From Azolla caroliniana (taxonomy: Eukaryota; Plantae; Polypodiophyta): 64,000 nucleotides of DNA. Location: assembly GCA_043228905.1 (NCBI GenBank), contig JBHGNT010000022.1:11408001-11472000 (forward strand), read 5' to 3'. The notes beneath the pieces were generated by a model, which was given only the letters and a program-made list of their open reading frames with translations, was not told where the DNA came from and made no database searches. Both the position numbers and the translations under genes were made by a program. Shown here piece after piece: positions 23,030 through 35,460 of this stretch (position 1 is its first letter; every line of letters begins with the position of its first letter).

Positions 23030-23069
23030 TGGCACGCCCGTGGGACAGTACCTTGTACGTCGAACCCAC
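23030..23069 (-). other. tRNA-Arg-like T-arm/acceptor/CCA motif at the PPT position of element B
   Basis: Sense strand GTGGGTTCGA-CGTACAAGGTACT-GTCCCACGGGCGTGCCA ends 2 nt before the 3' LTR. Confidence 0.82.
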
Positions 23070-23081
23070 TATCCGGCCCTT

Positions 23082-25844
23082 TTACGCTTCGTCCAAAATG
23101 TCCAGAATGCTTTGCTCCAAAATTTCCAATGGCTCGTCGGGAATCTGTTGTTGCTGTTGTGGCTGTTGTTGTGGTTCCGTTTGTGGCTATGGCTCCGTTT
23201 GTGGCTCTGACACCGGCGTTTCCATCGTTGGTTCCTCCGTCGAAGTTGTTTGTGGTTGACTAACCCCGACCTATTCCCCCTTCGGTCTTTGCACCGACGA
23301 CGGTTCCTCATCACTAAGGTTGACCGTTGCCGTCTTTCGCGCTTTTTCTTCCTGAAGCCGGGACTGCTCATAGCTTTCGAACTGGATTTGAGCCTCCAAT
23401 TGATCATCGTCCAGTTGAGCTACGAGCTGCTGGACCTACACCAATTGTTCATCCGCCAGGGCTGTGAAATCTTCTGCCAGCTCATCCCTGATGGTGGTGA
23501 AGTCCTCTGAGGTCAGCATATAGCAGTCGTCGCCCTCCTTTCACCGGTTTTCAACGTCCGCCCTAAGCAATTGGAGTTCTGCGGTATTCTACGCCCATTT
23601 GGCCCACCAATGCACAGAGCTATCATCAATCAAGCTTTTGGTCTTAGTGAGCCATGACCGGAGGATGCACTTGATCCGTTCGGCTCCCATCTGTGATTTA
23701 TTTTCTGCAGCTTGTCGCTCTTCCTTCAACTGCTTGATGATCCGAACTGTGTCCGCCTCTTGCTCCCTATAATGCGACAATTGACTTTGATAGGTTGTTT
23801 GCAACCTCTGTAGTACCATTGTCGCTCTTTCCTTGTCTTCATGGTTCTGTTTGTGGAGCTCCCTCCGGTCATTCGCTGCTTCCTCCAATAGCCTAGAACT
23901 TTCCGCTCGTTCTTCGGCGAGTGCCGTTGTGGCCCTATCAACCTCTTGCCGGAGCTCGGCCATCCGTTGTTGATGCTCCGTCTCCAGCTGCTTGTAGTCC
24001 CAATGCAGATGATCGAAATCATCGGTCTTCTGCTTCAGCCTTTGGTTGATCTGACGGCGCGCGCGGTCCTCCTGGTCCTTCTGTTGTAGGAGCTCTTCCA
24101 TCAGCCTCTCGATTTCCGTTTCCACCATCCGTCGCAACTTGTCTTTTTCCTCCAACACTTTCTCTTTTTCCTCCTTCAGCCGGTCGTAAGCATAATGTCC
24201 TTTACGCAGGTTTTCCTCTGCACGACGAAGGTTCTTAGCAGTCTTTCTTAATTCTTCTTTGACCGCCTTCTTCATGTCGCGTTCGCGGCTCCGTAATGCT
24301 TCTTGTGCGGCGAGCTCATCTCGTAATTCCGCAAGCTCTTGGGCTTGTGCCGCCTCTTTCTCCAGGACAGTTTGTGTCTCCGGGGTCTTATTCTTCTGTA
24401 CATCCACCGGAGTCACCGGTGCTTGGATTTGTGTTGCGGTTAAGGCCATTTTGGCCATATCTCCTGTGATCCGATCCAAGTCTTGTTCAAGGCACCGGAT
24501 CCTTGACCGGGCCGTCTCCAATTCATCGGTTGTGACAAGCAACCATTCCGTTTGCGCTCTTTCCTCCGCCTCTATGCATCCAACTACTCTGGCAATTTGG
24601 TCTCCTATCCATCGGAGCCATTGACTGCCAGTGCACTGTTGTTGCACTTTCACAGAGAGTTGGCTGATGGGTTCATTCGTCGGTGGCTGGTCCCACCGTT
24701 TTGCGTCAAGCTGCACTTCTGGTTTTGCCAGATGACCACTTTGTCGTTCCGGCTCTGAGTTTGTTTCGGCTAGTCGCCCCTTGTCTACTTGTTCTTGGCC
24801 GGCTGGGGCAGTTGGCCTTTGTATCTCCGGCTCTTGGGTGACGGGGCTTGTTGGTGTTGCCTGTTGTGCCAAGACTTCTGTGACCGGTTCCATCCGAACC
24901 GGTTCCGGTGCCTCCCTTGGCGTGGGTTGCTTAGCATGAGTTGCGGGTGTTCCATCCTTTTGTGGGTTCGAACGCTTCCCAGCTGATTCTGCGGTGCTCT
25001 TCACCGGCCGCCGCTGGAGGTGCTCCGTGGGTTCTTCCTCCATCTCTTCCGCCTGAGTCCCAACATTCATTCTTGCCGCCAAGGTGTCCGTTTCCTGTTG
25101 CCCTGGTCGGTGGAGTGGGCTCTTCAAGGCCCATGCCGATGTCTCCTCGTGCGTGTCCGTCGGTCGCTTCCGGCTGGCGCACTCCTTCGCCGCCTTCTCT
25201 GCTTCGGCCGTCTTACCCTTAATGGCCTTGGAGGCCAACAATTGTTGCCGTTTCGAAGCAGGTTTCGGGGTGCCATCCGTTGCTCTTCCCCGCTTCTTGG
25301 TTTGGACGGGCTCGACCAGTGGCGCCAACAGGGTGAGCCATTGTGTCACAGCATGCCATATTTTCCGGCCTTCCTTGCCATCCTTTCCTCTTACTATATC
25401 AATGGCCGTACACAGCCCGTCGGTGATCAGCACCGGCCAATCTACCTTGACCCCTTCGTACGTTGCGATGATCAAGCCTGCTTGGTTCTAAGGCATGACG
25501 GGGGGTCGAGGGTACACGTGGCCGAACTCGTGGAGCACACGGGCAATTTCACAGAATAGCATATCTTCTCTGCCCTGTGTCCTATAGCCCTTGCTGGCTA
25601 GAGAGTACTCACCGAGATATTTGATGAGTTGCTCGGGGGTAGGATTGTCGATCGTGTAGATACCTCCCTCCGGAAGGCCTATTAACGCACGGATCGCCTC
25701 CTCCGTGATCACCTCCGTGTCGATTTCTTTTATAATCTTCTTGGCCTCCTTGTGTGGCGCCGCCGCCATGATCGTTAATAAACCCTCCAGAACGTGTTGC
25801 CGTAACCATTTCTTGGCGGCTTCAGACAGCGTTTGGCAGTCCAT
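23082..25844 (-). pseudogene. Element B extra 3' ORF (~920 codons, several in-frame stops), unknown function
   Basis: N-terminal domain (KWLRQH..LEG, IRALIGLPEGG, EIARVLHE, YEGVKVDW), Pro/Thr linker, charged helical region and C-terminus ILDILDEA are all mirrored in element A. Confidence 0.78.
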
Positions 25845-26439
25845 CTCTGTGTCGAGGTTGGAGAGCGTTGGAGAGGTTTGATGGTGGGGAGAATGTGAGA
25901 GAGAAAGTTCTGAGGGAGGGGGTTCTTTGTGTGCGAGCTCTCTACGATTTATCTTCACGCGTTGCTCTGCGTCTGTTCTCCTTGGTTCATGATAGGAGAA
26001 GGTCTCGATGTGTGGGGGTTTTTCTCTCTGCATCTTGGCGCCTTTTTCGAGCCTCCGCATGTGCAGGTCGTGTACTATAATAGCATTGCGTGCCATGTGG
26101 CGGTGGTTTAATGTCCTATTCATAGCTCCTCGTACCTTTTCGACGTGCCTCTTTACTCCTCGTGTGCATGGCCGTTTCCACCACTCCTTTCCATGATTTT
26201 TTTGATTCGCTCCTTTATTCTCTTCTTTTTTTTCTTTTTTTAACTTACTTGTGTGGTTAGTTTTTCTCCGGTCCTGTTGGACCTTTGCCCGAAGCGTGCA
26301 ACTCGCCGGCCTCTTGTCGGTTTGCCGTCGTTTTGCTCTCCTCGGTTGCCGGCTCATGCTTCTCCTTACTGGCTTGGTGGTAGCCGTCGTCTTCACCGGT
26401 TGCCGTTATGGTTGGCCTGCCGGCGTCTGATTCGGTGGC

Positions 26440-28384
26440 GGCCCTTCGTTCAAATGGGTTCTTAGGTATAGGTCCTTTGTATGGTTTTAGTCTAAATCCG
26501 TTGACCCATTTGCCCAGCACTTCTCCGGCAAGTGTCCCCAACTGGTAGGACCCATTGAACTCGCGTGTGATCCAGTATGGTCCGGTTCATCTAAACTGTA
26601 GTTTACCTGGCATTTTGCCTATCCGGGTCTGGAACACAAGTACCGGCTTGCCGGTTCGGAACATCTTTTCGTTTCCCTTCCAGTGCCAATCTACAAATGC
26701 TTTCCGTCTCCGTTGTTCCAATTCCAGGTGCATAATGCTCGCCAGTCGGTGTGCTTCTAGTTCGCATAGAGCCTTTAACCGAATTGCCTCCGATTCCTTT
26801 TCGTTCAATCGTTCCCGTGTCTGAATCCGTAAGCTTGGTACCTGGAACTCGACCGGCATGACTGCCTCCAATCCGACTGCTAACCGGAACGATGTTGTCC
26901 GGATGCTTGTTTTGTATGCTGTCCGGTAAGCCCAAAGCGCACTGTGCAACGTTGTGTCCCAATCTGTCTGATTTTCATTGAAGATCTTCCGGAGTATATT
27001 CTGGAGCGTTTTGTTCGTCGACTCAGCTAACCCATTTGCTTGCGGATAGTACGGTGTGCATCTTTTATGTACTACCGCATAGAACGTCGTCAAACTTTCT
27101 ACCACTTGCCCAAGAAAGTGCCCTCCTCGGTCGCTTATCAGCTCTATGGGGCATCCGTACCGGCACCAAGTGCATTCGTATAAGAATTTCGTTGTTGACG
27201 CCGCGGTGTTGTCTCGTAGGGCTTTCGCTTCCACCCACTGAGTGCAATAATCCGTCGCGACGATCACGTACCGGTTGCCGGTTCTCATTGCCGGTGGTTT
27301 AAATGGCCCGACGAAATCCAGCCCCCATTTCTGGAATGGTTCTAGTGGTAGGACTGGCTGGTGTGGCATCCGAGCTTGTTCCGTTGGCTGACCCATTGGC
27401 TGGCATAGATCACACTCCTTCGCATACCGAACTGCATCTTTCAATGTGGTCGGCCACCATAGGCCACTTTGCCATACTTTCCTTGTCGTCGCATCTCTGG
27501 CATAATGGCCTCCGGCGACTCCGCAATATGCCTCCCGTAGTATTACCTCCTTCTCGTCGCTGCACACCGCTCGTCGCCAGATACCATCTACACCTTTGTG
27601 GTATAGCGTGTCCTATAATAAACAGAAGTGTTGGCTCTGTACCGCCAGGCGTTTTCTCTCGTCCCGGTTCATCTCCTCTGGAGGCAGTCCAGTACTCAGA
27701 AACTGGTGCATATTAGTTAGCCACTTATCTTCTTGTGCCACCGTTTCATCTGTTGTTGTTTCCATGGTGACTCGAAAAAGCTCTGCATCCGAAAACTCGT
27801 CCAGTACTCCGTCACCTGTCTCCTCGGAATCTAACCGGCTTAGATAATCTGCTACCGCATGTTGTATGCCGGGTGGGTGGAATATCTTGAATTCGAACTC
27901 TTGCAACAACAAAGTCCACCGGGCCAACTTACCGGTAAGTGACGCTTTGGATACTAGGTAGAGGAGTGCCGAATGATCTACATGAAAGGAGTACTTTCTT
28001 CCCAATAAATAATGCCTGAATTTTGTTACACTGTAGATCATTCCTAAAGCTTCCCTTTCCGTGGTAGAATAATTTCGTTCTACTTGGGATAGCTTCCGGC
28101 TGGCATAGTACACTGGCCCGTACCACCTTGGCTCGGTAAGCTGCATGAGCGCGCTCCCGATTGCGATATCGGAAGCTTCCACGAACACATGAAACTCTTT
28201 ACTCCAATCGGGAGGCTGCACTACCGATGCTTGTGACAATAACAACTTTAGTGCCCGGTACGCCTTGTCTTCGATGTCGGTCCATTGGAATGGTGTTAGG
28301 TGTACTGCCGCATGCAGAGGTGTAGCCAGGTCTGCCAAATATTGGAGCATACGGCTATGCCAGCGGATTTGTCCTAGGAAACGG
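26440..28384 (-). pseudogene. pol: Element B RNase H and integrase (stops present)
   Basis: YYASRKLS..ERNYSTTERE, LARWTLLLQEF, KWGLDFVGP, LISDRGGHF, PYYPQANGLAE, WTGPY; no extra RNase H between RH and INT. Confidence 0.92.
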
Positions 28385-31300
28385 TGTCGTGAAGAATTTC
28401 GGCCAGAGGCAGAAACCGGAAAACATTGGCTACATCGGTGGGGTGCAGCGTGTGTACGCACCCATGTACATTTAGTGTGAATAACGAGGGCGCCTTTATG
28501 GCGCCGAATAGTAGTCAAGTCGGGACAGACGATCCCATGTAAGTCGGGATTTATCCCACATTGTAACGCATCCCTCTCCTTGTTCTATAAAAGGAAGGGA
28601 ACGTCCTTTGTGAAGGGGTTGCCCATTTTGCATTAGAGGGTATACCGTTAGGTTTAGAGTTAGCTTCTTCTTCTTTTTCTTCCCCCCTTCGTGTTCGCTT
28701 AGGGTTTGCTTCAGCTCATCTCCTGCGCAAGACCCCGCTCGGCGCGACGAGCCCGTGAGCTCCCCGACGGCGGCTTGGCAGCTGACGACTACTGTAACCT
28801 ACCTTGGTCTGGCTCGAAGCCGGGAATGTATTCTTTTTTATATATATATACATTTGCGTCTGTCTGTGTATATTCGCGTCTTCGTTGGCGAAAAGCAGCG
28901 CAACAGGCGGTTGAGCGAGTGGTCGAAAGAGTCGTCTGTTTCAACGGGGACAAATTCCCATCTTACCTTGAAGCCTACAACGTGGAAATGGAGGAGCGCG
29001 GCGTAGACGAGGCATTGAGGCTGGAGTTCTTCTGTCGGGTCGTAGCTGTCCGAATGCATGCGGAAGTAAAGGAGCTCCGTGAGGCTTATAGTTCGTGGGA
29101 GACCTTCGAAGAGGCGCTCCTGAAGGCATACGGAGGACGGCGGAAGAGCCGGGGACGACACGACTTTGACCAGTGGGTAGCATTAGCAAAGACCCACCGG
29201 GGCGCGGCCAAGGCGTTTCGAGAGTTCGAGCGGCGGCTTGCTTGGCTCCCGGAGCGGGAACAAGGTTTGGTGGGGGCGGACAAGGTCCTATTGTTCGTCA
29301 GGTCGATCGACCGAGCGGAACGGGAGGCCATCGGGGTTGAGCTCGAAGACGATGATGGAGCGAATGGGCTTATGGAGGACTAGTCGAAGGTCGGAAGGGT
29401 GTGCCAACGGCTAGACAATGAGCGAGCCGAGAAGGCTAAGAGGAAGGTACGCAACGGCGTGCCATCACAGCGGGAAGAGGCCGAACGGCAAAGAGAGTCG
29501 GCAAGGGTCGGCGTTGGGGCCAGGATTGCGGAGGCGTACACAGCTTTTGAGGCGATGCTCGAGGAAGAGGAAAGACAGAGGCCACAAGCCGAGACTGAGG
29601 AGACGGACTTGCCCCACACGACGGCAGAAGATCGGTACGACGGTACCACGGGAGAGGGTGCGGAACGAAACGCCCTCTCAACTTGCGGAGATAGAACGGC
29701 CAAGGACGAGGCCGAGATACAGATCGCGGAACCAGAATGTTGGGACCAGCGGTTTCGGGTGTGTCAGCCCGAGATCCCGGTTATTGGAGAAGCGAGCCAA
29801 GACGGGGCTTGCGCGATCGGTAAGAAGACGACCGCCGACCACGAAGAGTCGGTGGCTACGGACAAGGGCGTAAAACGGACGGGCGATTCTTTGTGTCTTC
29901 CCACACTTGCTCCCGAGACGATGGCAGTCGGGCCCGAGTGCCCACGTGAGTCCCAAGCGGAGGAAGACGGCGGCGAAAGGCCAAGAATCACAGGCGAAAC
30001 GATACGGGGAAGGAGCGGACGAAAGCCCACGGACCCGATTCCGGAGAACTCGGCATTCGGGCCCGTATGCCCATGTAAGACCGAGGAGATGGATGGCGGT
30101 ACCGAGGAGTCCTGGCACGATGCCAACAAAGATGGATGGGAAACGGCCTGCGGGGAGGCCAAGGACGGACGCGGCACGAGGAGATCGGCATTCCGATACG
30201 GGTGGAGCGTGATCCGGTCGTGGATTGTTCGATCGGGGCCGGATTCGGCATAAAGGTGCCGATACGGGAGAGGGTGCGGGACGAGCCGCCCTCTTTTACA
30301 TGGGGAGAAAGACCGACTGGGCGAAGGTCGAGTGTTGGAAGGAGAATGAAAGCCGGTCCTATGGAGTTCCTTACACCGATCCGGCTGCCGGCCCAAGTGC
30401 CGACGTGAGTCCTATAAGAGAGATCGGTGGCGATAGGAGAACGAGACTCTGCAATCCGGAGAAGGACGAACGGACCCGGATGACCATTCCGGGAGGAAGG
30501 AAGAGAGCAGGCCTACGAAGAGGCCGAGGACACGATACGTCGGTACCACGGGAGAGGGTGCGGAACAAAACGCCCTCTCGGCATGCGGAAAAGGATGACC
30601 CGGGACAGGGTCGAGAAGACAAATCGGAGGCCCAAGGAGGATCCTTCACACTGGTTCTAGAGACTTCGGCAGTTGGCAACGCGGTCGACATAAGACCAAG
30701 ATACTGACGGTGGTGGCGAGGTGACGAAGGCAAGGGCTACAGATGGGCGGTCCCACGAAGATCCTCACACCGATCCGGTGGTCGGCCCGAGAGCCGGCGT
30801 GAGTCCTATAGGGAAGATCGATGGAGGCAGGAGAACGTGATCGGACGACAGGAAGCGACGAACGGCAAGGAGGTATCAGGCCGGCGAGGCGGCCAAGAAC
30901 CAAATCGGACCTTCCGGCAAGGTCAGTGGGCGTAAGGAAGTCCGGTCCTATGGGATCCCCACACCGAATCAGAGACCCCGGCTGTTCGGCCAACGTGGCA
31001 ACGTAAGACCGAGGGAGAAGGAAGGTGGCGGCGGGAAATGGGACCCGACTACGCGGAAGTCACGAGGAGAGTCCGGGAGAGACTCAAACAAAAGACACCC
31101 GAATTTCGGCAAGCATAGAAACAGAGTCCGGTCCTATGGGACCCTCACACCGATCCGGAGACTCTGGCAGTTCGGCCAACGTGACCACATGAGACCTGGG
31201 GAGAAGGACGGTGGCGGCAGCGAACGGGACTCGACGACACGAGGTTTCGGAAGGAGTCGGTAGGGGCAAACACGGGGAGGTGTGTCGGGTCGGAAAGGCA

Positions 31301-32886
31301 CACCTGGGACGGAATAAGAGTCTCGCAAGTGGCCATCACGGGCCGGATCAAAGCGTAACTACGGGACAATGTTCGGCATGGGCGGTGCCGAGCAAAGGAA
31401 GCGAAAGATGGCACTAGAGAGGTGCCGGGAACGAGGTGACAAGTGCCTAGTGGACTGCACAGGGTCAGAGTCAAATGGACGACAACAAATGGAAGACAAG
31501 CTGGTGGGGGCGAGGGGACGACAGCAAATGGAAGACTCAGGACTTGTTGCAGCAGCACGAAGACGGGAAGGGCCAAGCGGGCTACTACGGGGTGTTCCTC
31601 GGATGCAAAGGACACCGGTATGTGGGCGAGCGGCGATGCACGATCTAGCCGGAAAGGGGGCCGACAAGGCGTGCAATGAACCGGAGTGCGATACAGGCAG
31701 TGCCAAACAACGGATGAGGGTATGTGGCACACGAAGGTGCCGGAGTGGAAAGGCGAGCGCGGAGATAAGTTGTGCGGTTCGGAGGTAGCACGGAGAAGAC
31801 CGGAAAGGGATCCTCCACACCGTTCCGGAGACCATGGCGGTTCGAGCCGACGCGGCGATGTAAGACCATGGAGAAGGAAGGTGGCGGCGGGAGGACGAGG
31901 GCAACGCGAAACAACATGGGACGGCAATCAGGACGACGCGAATGATCAACAGAGGCCAAGCGGGCCGCTACAGGCGTTCCCCAAGCGGAGGACATCGAGC
32001 ATACGGCGGGAGCGGGGTGTTCATACGGCCGAACAAGGGCCAACGGAAGTACACGTACTACGGAGATCGCGGTAGAGGACCCATCGACGGGTCGAACGAG
32101 CCTACGGGGAGGTAAGCGCGAGGGAAGAATCGAAGCCGACGGATCAAACCGGCAGCGAGACGGGACGCGGATCACGGAAGACCGGTTTCTTACCGGCCGA
32201 AATCTCTCACCCTTCAACCGGACTTGGCACATACCGGTGGATGTGCGGTTGGGTGGGGGCGGATGTCGTGGAGAATTTCGGCCAGAGGCGGAAACCGGAA
32301 AACATTGGCTATATCGGTGGGGTGCAGCGTGTGTACACACCCATGTACATTTAGTGTGAATAACGAGGGCGCCTTTATGGCGCCGAATAGTAGTCAAGTC
32401 GGGACAGACGATCCCATGTAAGTCGGGATTTATCCCACATTGTAACGCATCCCTCTCCTTGTTCTATAAAAGGAAGGGAACGCCCTTTGGGAAGGGGTTG
32501 CCCATTTTGCATTAGAGGGTATACCGTTATGTTTAGAGTTAGCTTCTTCTTCTTCTTCTTCTTCTTCTTCCCCCCTTCATGTTCGCTTAGGGTTTGCTTC
32601 AGCTCATCTCTTGCACAAGACCCCGCTCGGCGCGACGAGCCCATGAGCTCCCCGACGGCGGCTTGGCAGCTGACGACTATTGTAACCTACCTTAGTCCGG
32701 CTCGAAGCCAGGAATGTATTCTTTTTTATATATATATACGTTTGCGTCCGTCTGTGTATATTCGCGTCTTCGTTGGTGTCGGGTGCTTCCCCTTTCCTGC
32801 ACTTCCTATACTTAAGGGTGTGAGTCGGGTCGGCATGTGTGTGTGTGTGTGTGAGTGTGTGTGCGTGAGTCGGTGTTAAGCGCGCG

Positions 32887-32923
<37 letters not shown>

Positions 32924-33050
32924 GTTGCTTCCGGTGTGCTTATGGGATGCCCCGGAAACGGTGAAGCACGACTTCCTACGCTCCATCATTCCCTAGTCCA
33001 AGACCCCTGTGGTCCCGCCTTTCTCCACGCACGCGCGTAACAACGCGACA
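28385..33050 (+). mobile_element. Element H: non-autonomous gag-only LTR element related to C/D/I, inserted in B pol
   Basis: 5' LTR 28385-28888 (truncated), 3' LTR 32264-33050, 4-bp TSD ACGG/ATGG; the ~40 nt before the 3' LTR closely match those of C and D; no pol motifs. Confidence 0.88.
28889..29480 (+). pseudogene. gag: Element H gag remnant
   Basis: FNGDKFPSYLEAYNVEM...WETFEEALL...KVLLFVRSID...GLMED aligns with C gag FSGKDATKYLASYRAEM...RVLLFVKSVD...GLTTDW. Confidence 0.8.
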
Positions 33051-35050
33051 ATGGCTCAATGCCTTTGTCGTTGCCGGTGCCAGTGCTTCCCAGATTGCTT
33101 TCACTTTGTCCGGATCTACGACAATGCCTTCCTTGCTCACTATATGCCCTAGTAGTGTTCCGTTGGACACTCCAAATACACACTTCGCCGGGTTCAGGCT
33201 TAGCCGGTACGCCCTACACTTCTCTAGACATAGTCTGAGATGCTACAAATGATCTTCTTCTCTACTATAGACGACGAAGTCGTCAAGGAACACCTGCATA
33301 AAAGCCGGTATGTATTCGCCAAAGATCTCCATGATGATCCGTTGGAATGTTGATGGTGCCGTTTTCAACCCGAACATCATCACCACCGCAACAAAGACTC
33401 CCCATTCGGTGACGAAAGCCGTTTTCTCTTGATCCTCAGGGTGCATCCAGATCTGATTATACCCGTTGAATTCGTCTAAGAAACTGTAGACTTCATGGCC
33501 GGCGACGGCATCCAAAACTCCATCCGTAAATGGAAGTGGAAATGCATCTGTTACCGTTGACGCATTGAGCTTCTGGTAGTCGACACAAACTATAATTCTG
33601 CCGTTCTTTTTCGGTACGACTACGAGCGGGCTCAACCATGTAGATTTCTTTACGGGACGGATGAAGACGACCCTCAGTAATTTGTCGATCTCCTCCTTGA
33701 CTTTGGCGGCGTAGTTTGGGTTCATCTAGTACCGACGTTGTGGTACCGGCTTGGCGTCTTTGCTCAGATGTATCTGGTGCTGATACAACTGAGGATCCAG
33801 GCCTCTCATATCCTCGTACGACCAGGCAAAGACGTCGCGAAACTCGTTGAGTGTAATTATCGCCGTTTTGTTCTCTGCATTCATTTCTTTGGCGATGTGC
33901 ACTGGTTTTGCCTCCTCCGTCGTTCCTAGATTTACCTCTTCTAATTGGGACACTTTTACACGCTGGGATATGGCCATTTCCCTTTCGAATGCCTCCGGCG
34001 CATGCCGTAACTCCCAGATAGCTTCTTTATCCGGTTCCGTTCGGTTGCAGTAAGTAGGGTGATACCGCTTCCGCGACGTCAATTTCGAATAGGGGTACAA
34101 TCTTCGGGTTCTCCAGCAAGTACTGCTCTTCTTCTTCGTCTGCTAATCCTTCCAGCATATTGACACACTCCGCATATAACGGTGTCAGATCCTTGCCGGT
34201 GCCCTTCCTTTGTTGTGTTGGTACCCGTACCTTCGTTTTTCCCCGCCGGAACGTAATCATATTCCTCCTCCAATTCCGCTTGATATGTGCCGTCTTTAAC
34301 CAAGGGCGTCCCAACAATAATGGGTACGCTCCTTCAGCCTGCAACTGGAGAACTACGATTGAGATTCGGAATGTGTGGCCTCCGATGGTTACTTCCAGGT
34401 TCCGTATTAAACCTGTCGGTCGCACCGAGCTTGTGTCCGCCATTCGGTGCCAGAACGGACATGGCTCCCACTCTAGGATTCCAAGAGCATCGCACGTCCG
34501 GAGGCTTATTACATTAAAACCGGAGCCTCGGTCTATTATCGTGCTGGGGAGTTCTTTCCCTTTCACAATGGCCGTAATTGCCGGAATGCTGGTGTCCACC
34601 ACCGTCGGTCCCTCCTCCGGGTTTGAGAAGAATGCCGGAGCCGGTGGTGTTCCGCCTGTCGTCATGCCTTCCTTGAGTCCTTCTGAGAATCTTGGTACTA
34701 GCTGCAAGAGTCATCCTAACGGCAGCGTGATCTGGCATTCCTGCAATACCTGCCATGTCGTGTTTTCGGATTGATTGCCGCCGGCGAGCTCTTCGGTGTT
34801 CTCCTTCTGTTGCGCGAGTTCTGCTACGTTTCGCTCATTGGCCTTTTTCACCCATTCCGTTGCCTGTTTCCGGATGGCCTCTTGTGTCTCCCATTCCGTA
34901 GTCTTCCCCTACGACCTTGTGGTGACCTGCTGGAGGTCTGCGACTTCGACGACTACCATGTTTATTGCCGGTCGCTTATCATAGCTCTTTGCCGGACATT
35001 GATTACTATAATGTCCTTCTTGCCGGCAGTAATAGCAATATGCTTTCCGG
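33051..35050 (-). pseudogene. gag-pol: Element B gag C-terminus, protease and reverse transcriptase (disrupted)
   Basis: Zn knuckle CYYCRQEGHYSNQC (~34997-35038), IIDRGSGFNV and LLLGRPW, RT WLSPLVVVPKK, FGLKTAP, FLDD. Confidence 0.92.
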
Positions 35051-35460
35051 GTCACCAAAGGGTGGTATGGCAGAATGACTTACGGCACAACGCTTACTTA
35101 GACCTTAATCGATTACTTAGCCATCCGTAATTAACACGCGTAAGATATAACAATGAATACAGAACGGTAATCAACACTGGAAGATTAAGACAATAAACTT
35201 TATTAATTATCCGCTCCTGATTACATTGTAACCGGGCCTTTATATAGGTCTCCGGTGCGAAATACAAAACGGTGCCAACCGGCACCTTTACGGAATCGTT
35301 CCGAATCCGGATCGGCATACCGATTCCGGTCCGTCCGTCCACATCTTCTTATATAATAATATGTATATATTAATACTACTAATTACAACAGTTCCCGAAT
35401 AACTATTCCTTTCACACTCTGGTTTGGACCTCCTTAAGCCTTCTTTATCGGCCGGTAACA
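35051..35460 (-). repeat. 5' LTR of element B (inner ~55 bp deleted)
   Basis: Uninterrupted counterpart of the fragmented LTR at 16613-23027. Confidence 0.92.

Larger units (their letters stand above)
4172..35460 (-). mobile_element. Element B: Athila-like Ty3/gypsy retrotransposon inserted in A's extra ORF; degenerate, with PBS and gag N-terminus deleted
   Basis: 3' LTR reassembles from 4172-4226, 16611-16655, 17378-17661 and 22936-23027; it matches the truncated 5' LTR 35051-35460; TSD GGCTT/GGCTC; A's ORF reads through once B is removed. Confidence 0.88.

Noticed and set aside
23589-25475. Captured host SMC/myosin-like gene or retroviral env
   Set aside because: No ATPase/motor motifs or clear transmembrane segment; it is homologous to A's ORF at the same position, so it is an element accessory ORF.
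29399-32260. Many overlapping ORFs in element H and antisense ORFs across C, D, G and the LTRs
   Set aside because: GC-rich shadow frames without recognisable motifs.
32543-32920. (CTT)n, (TG)n and (CT)n microsatellites
   Set aside because: Ordinary simple repeats within LTRs.
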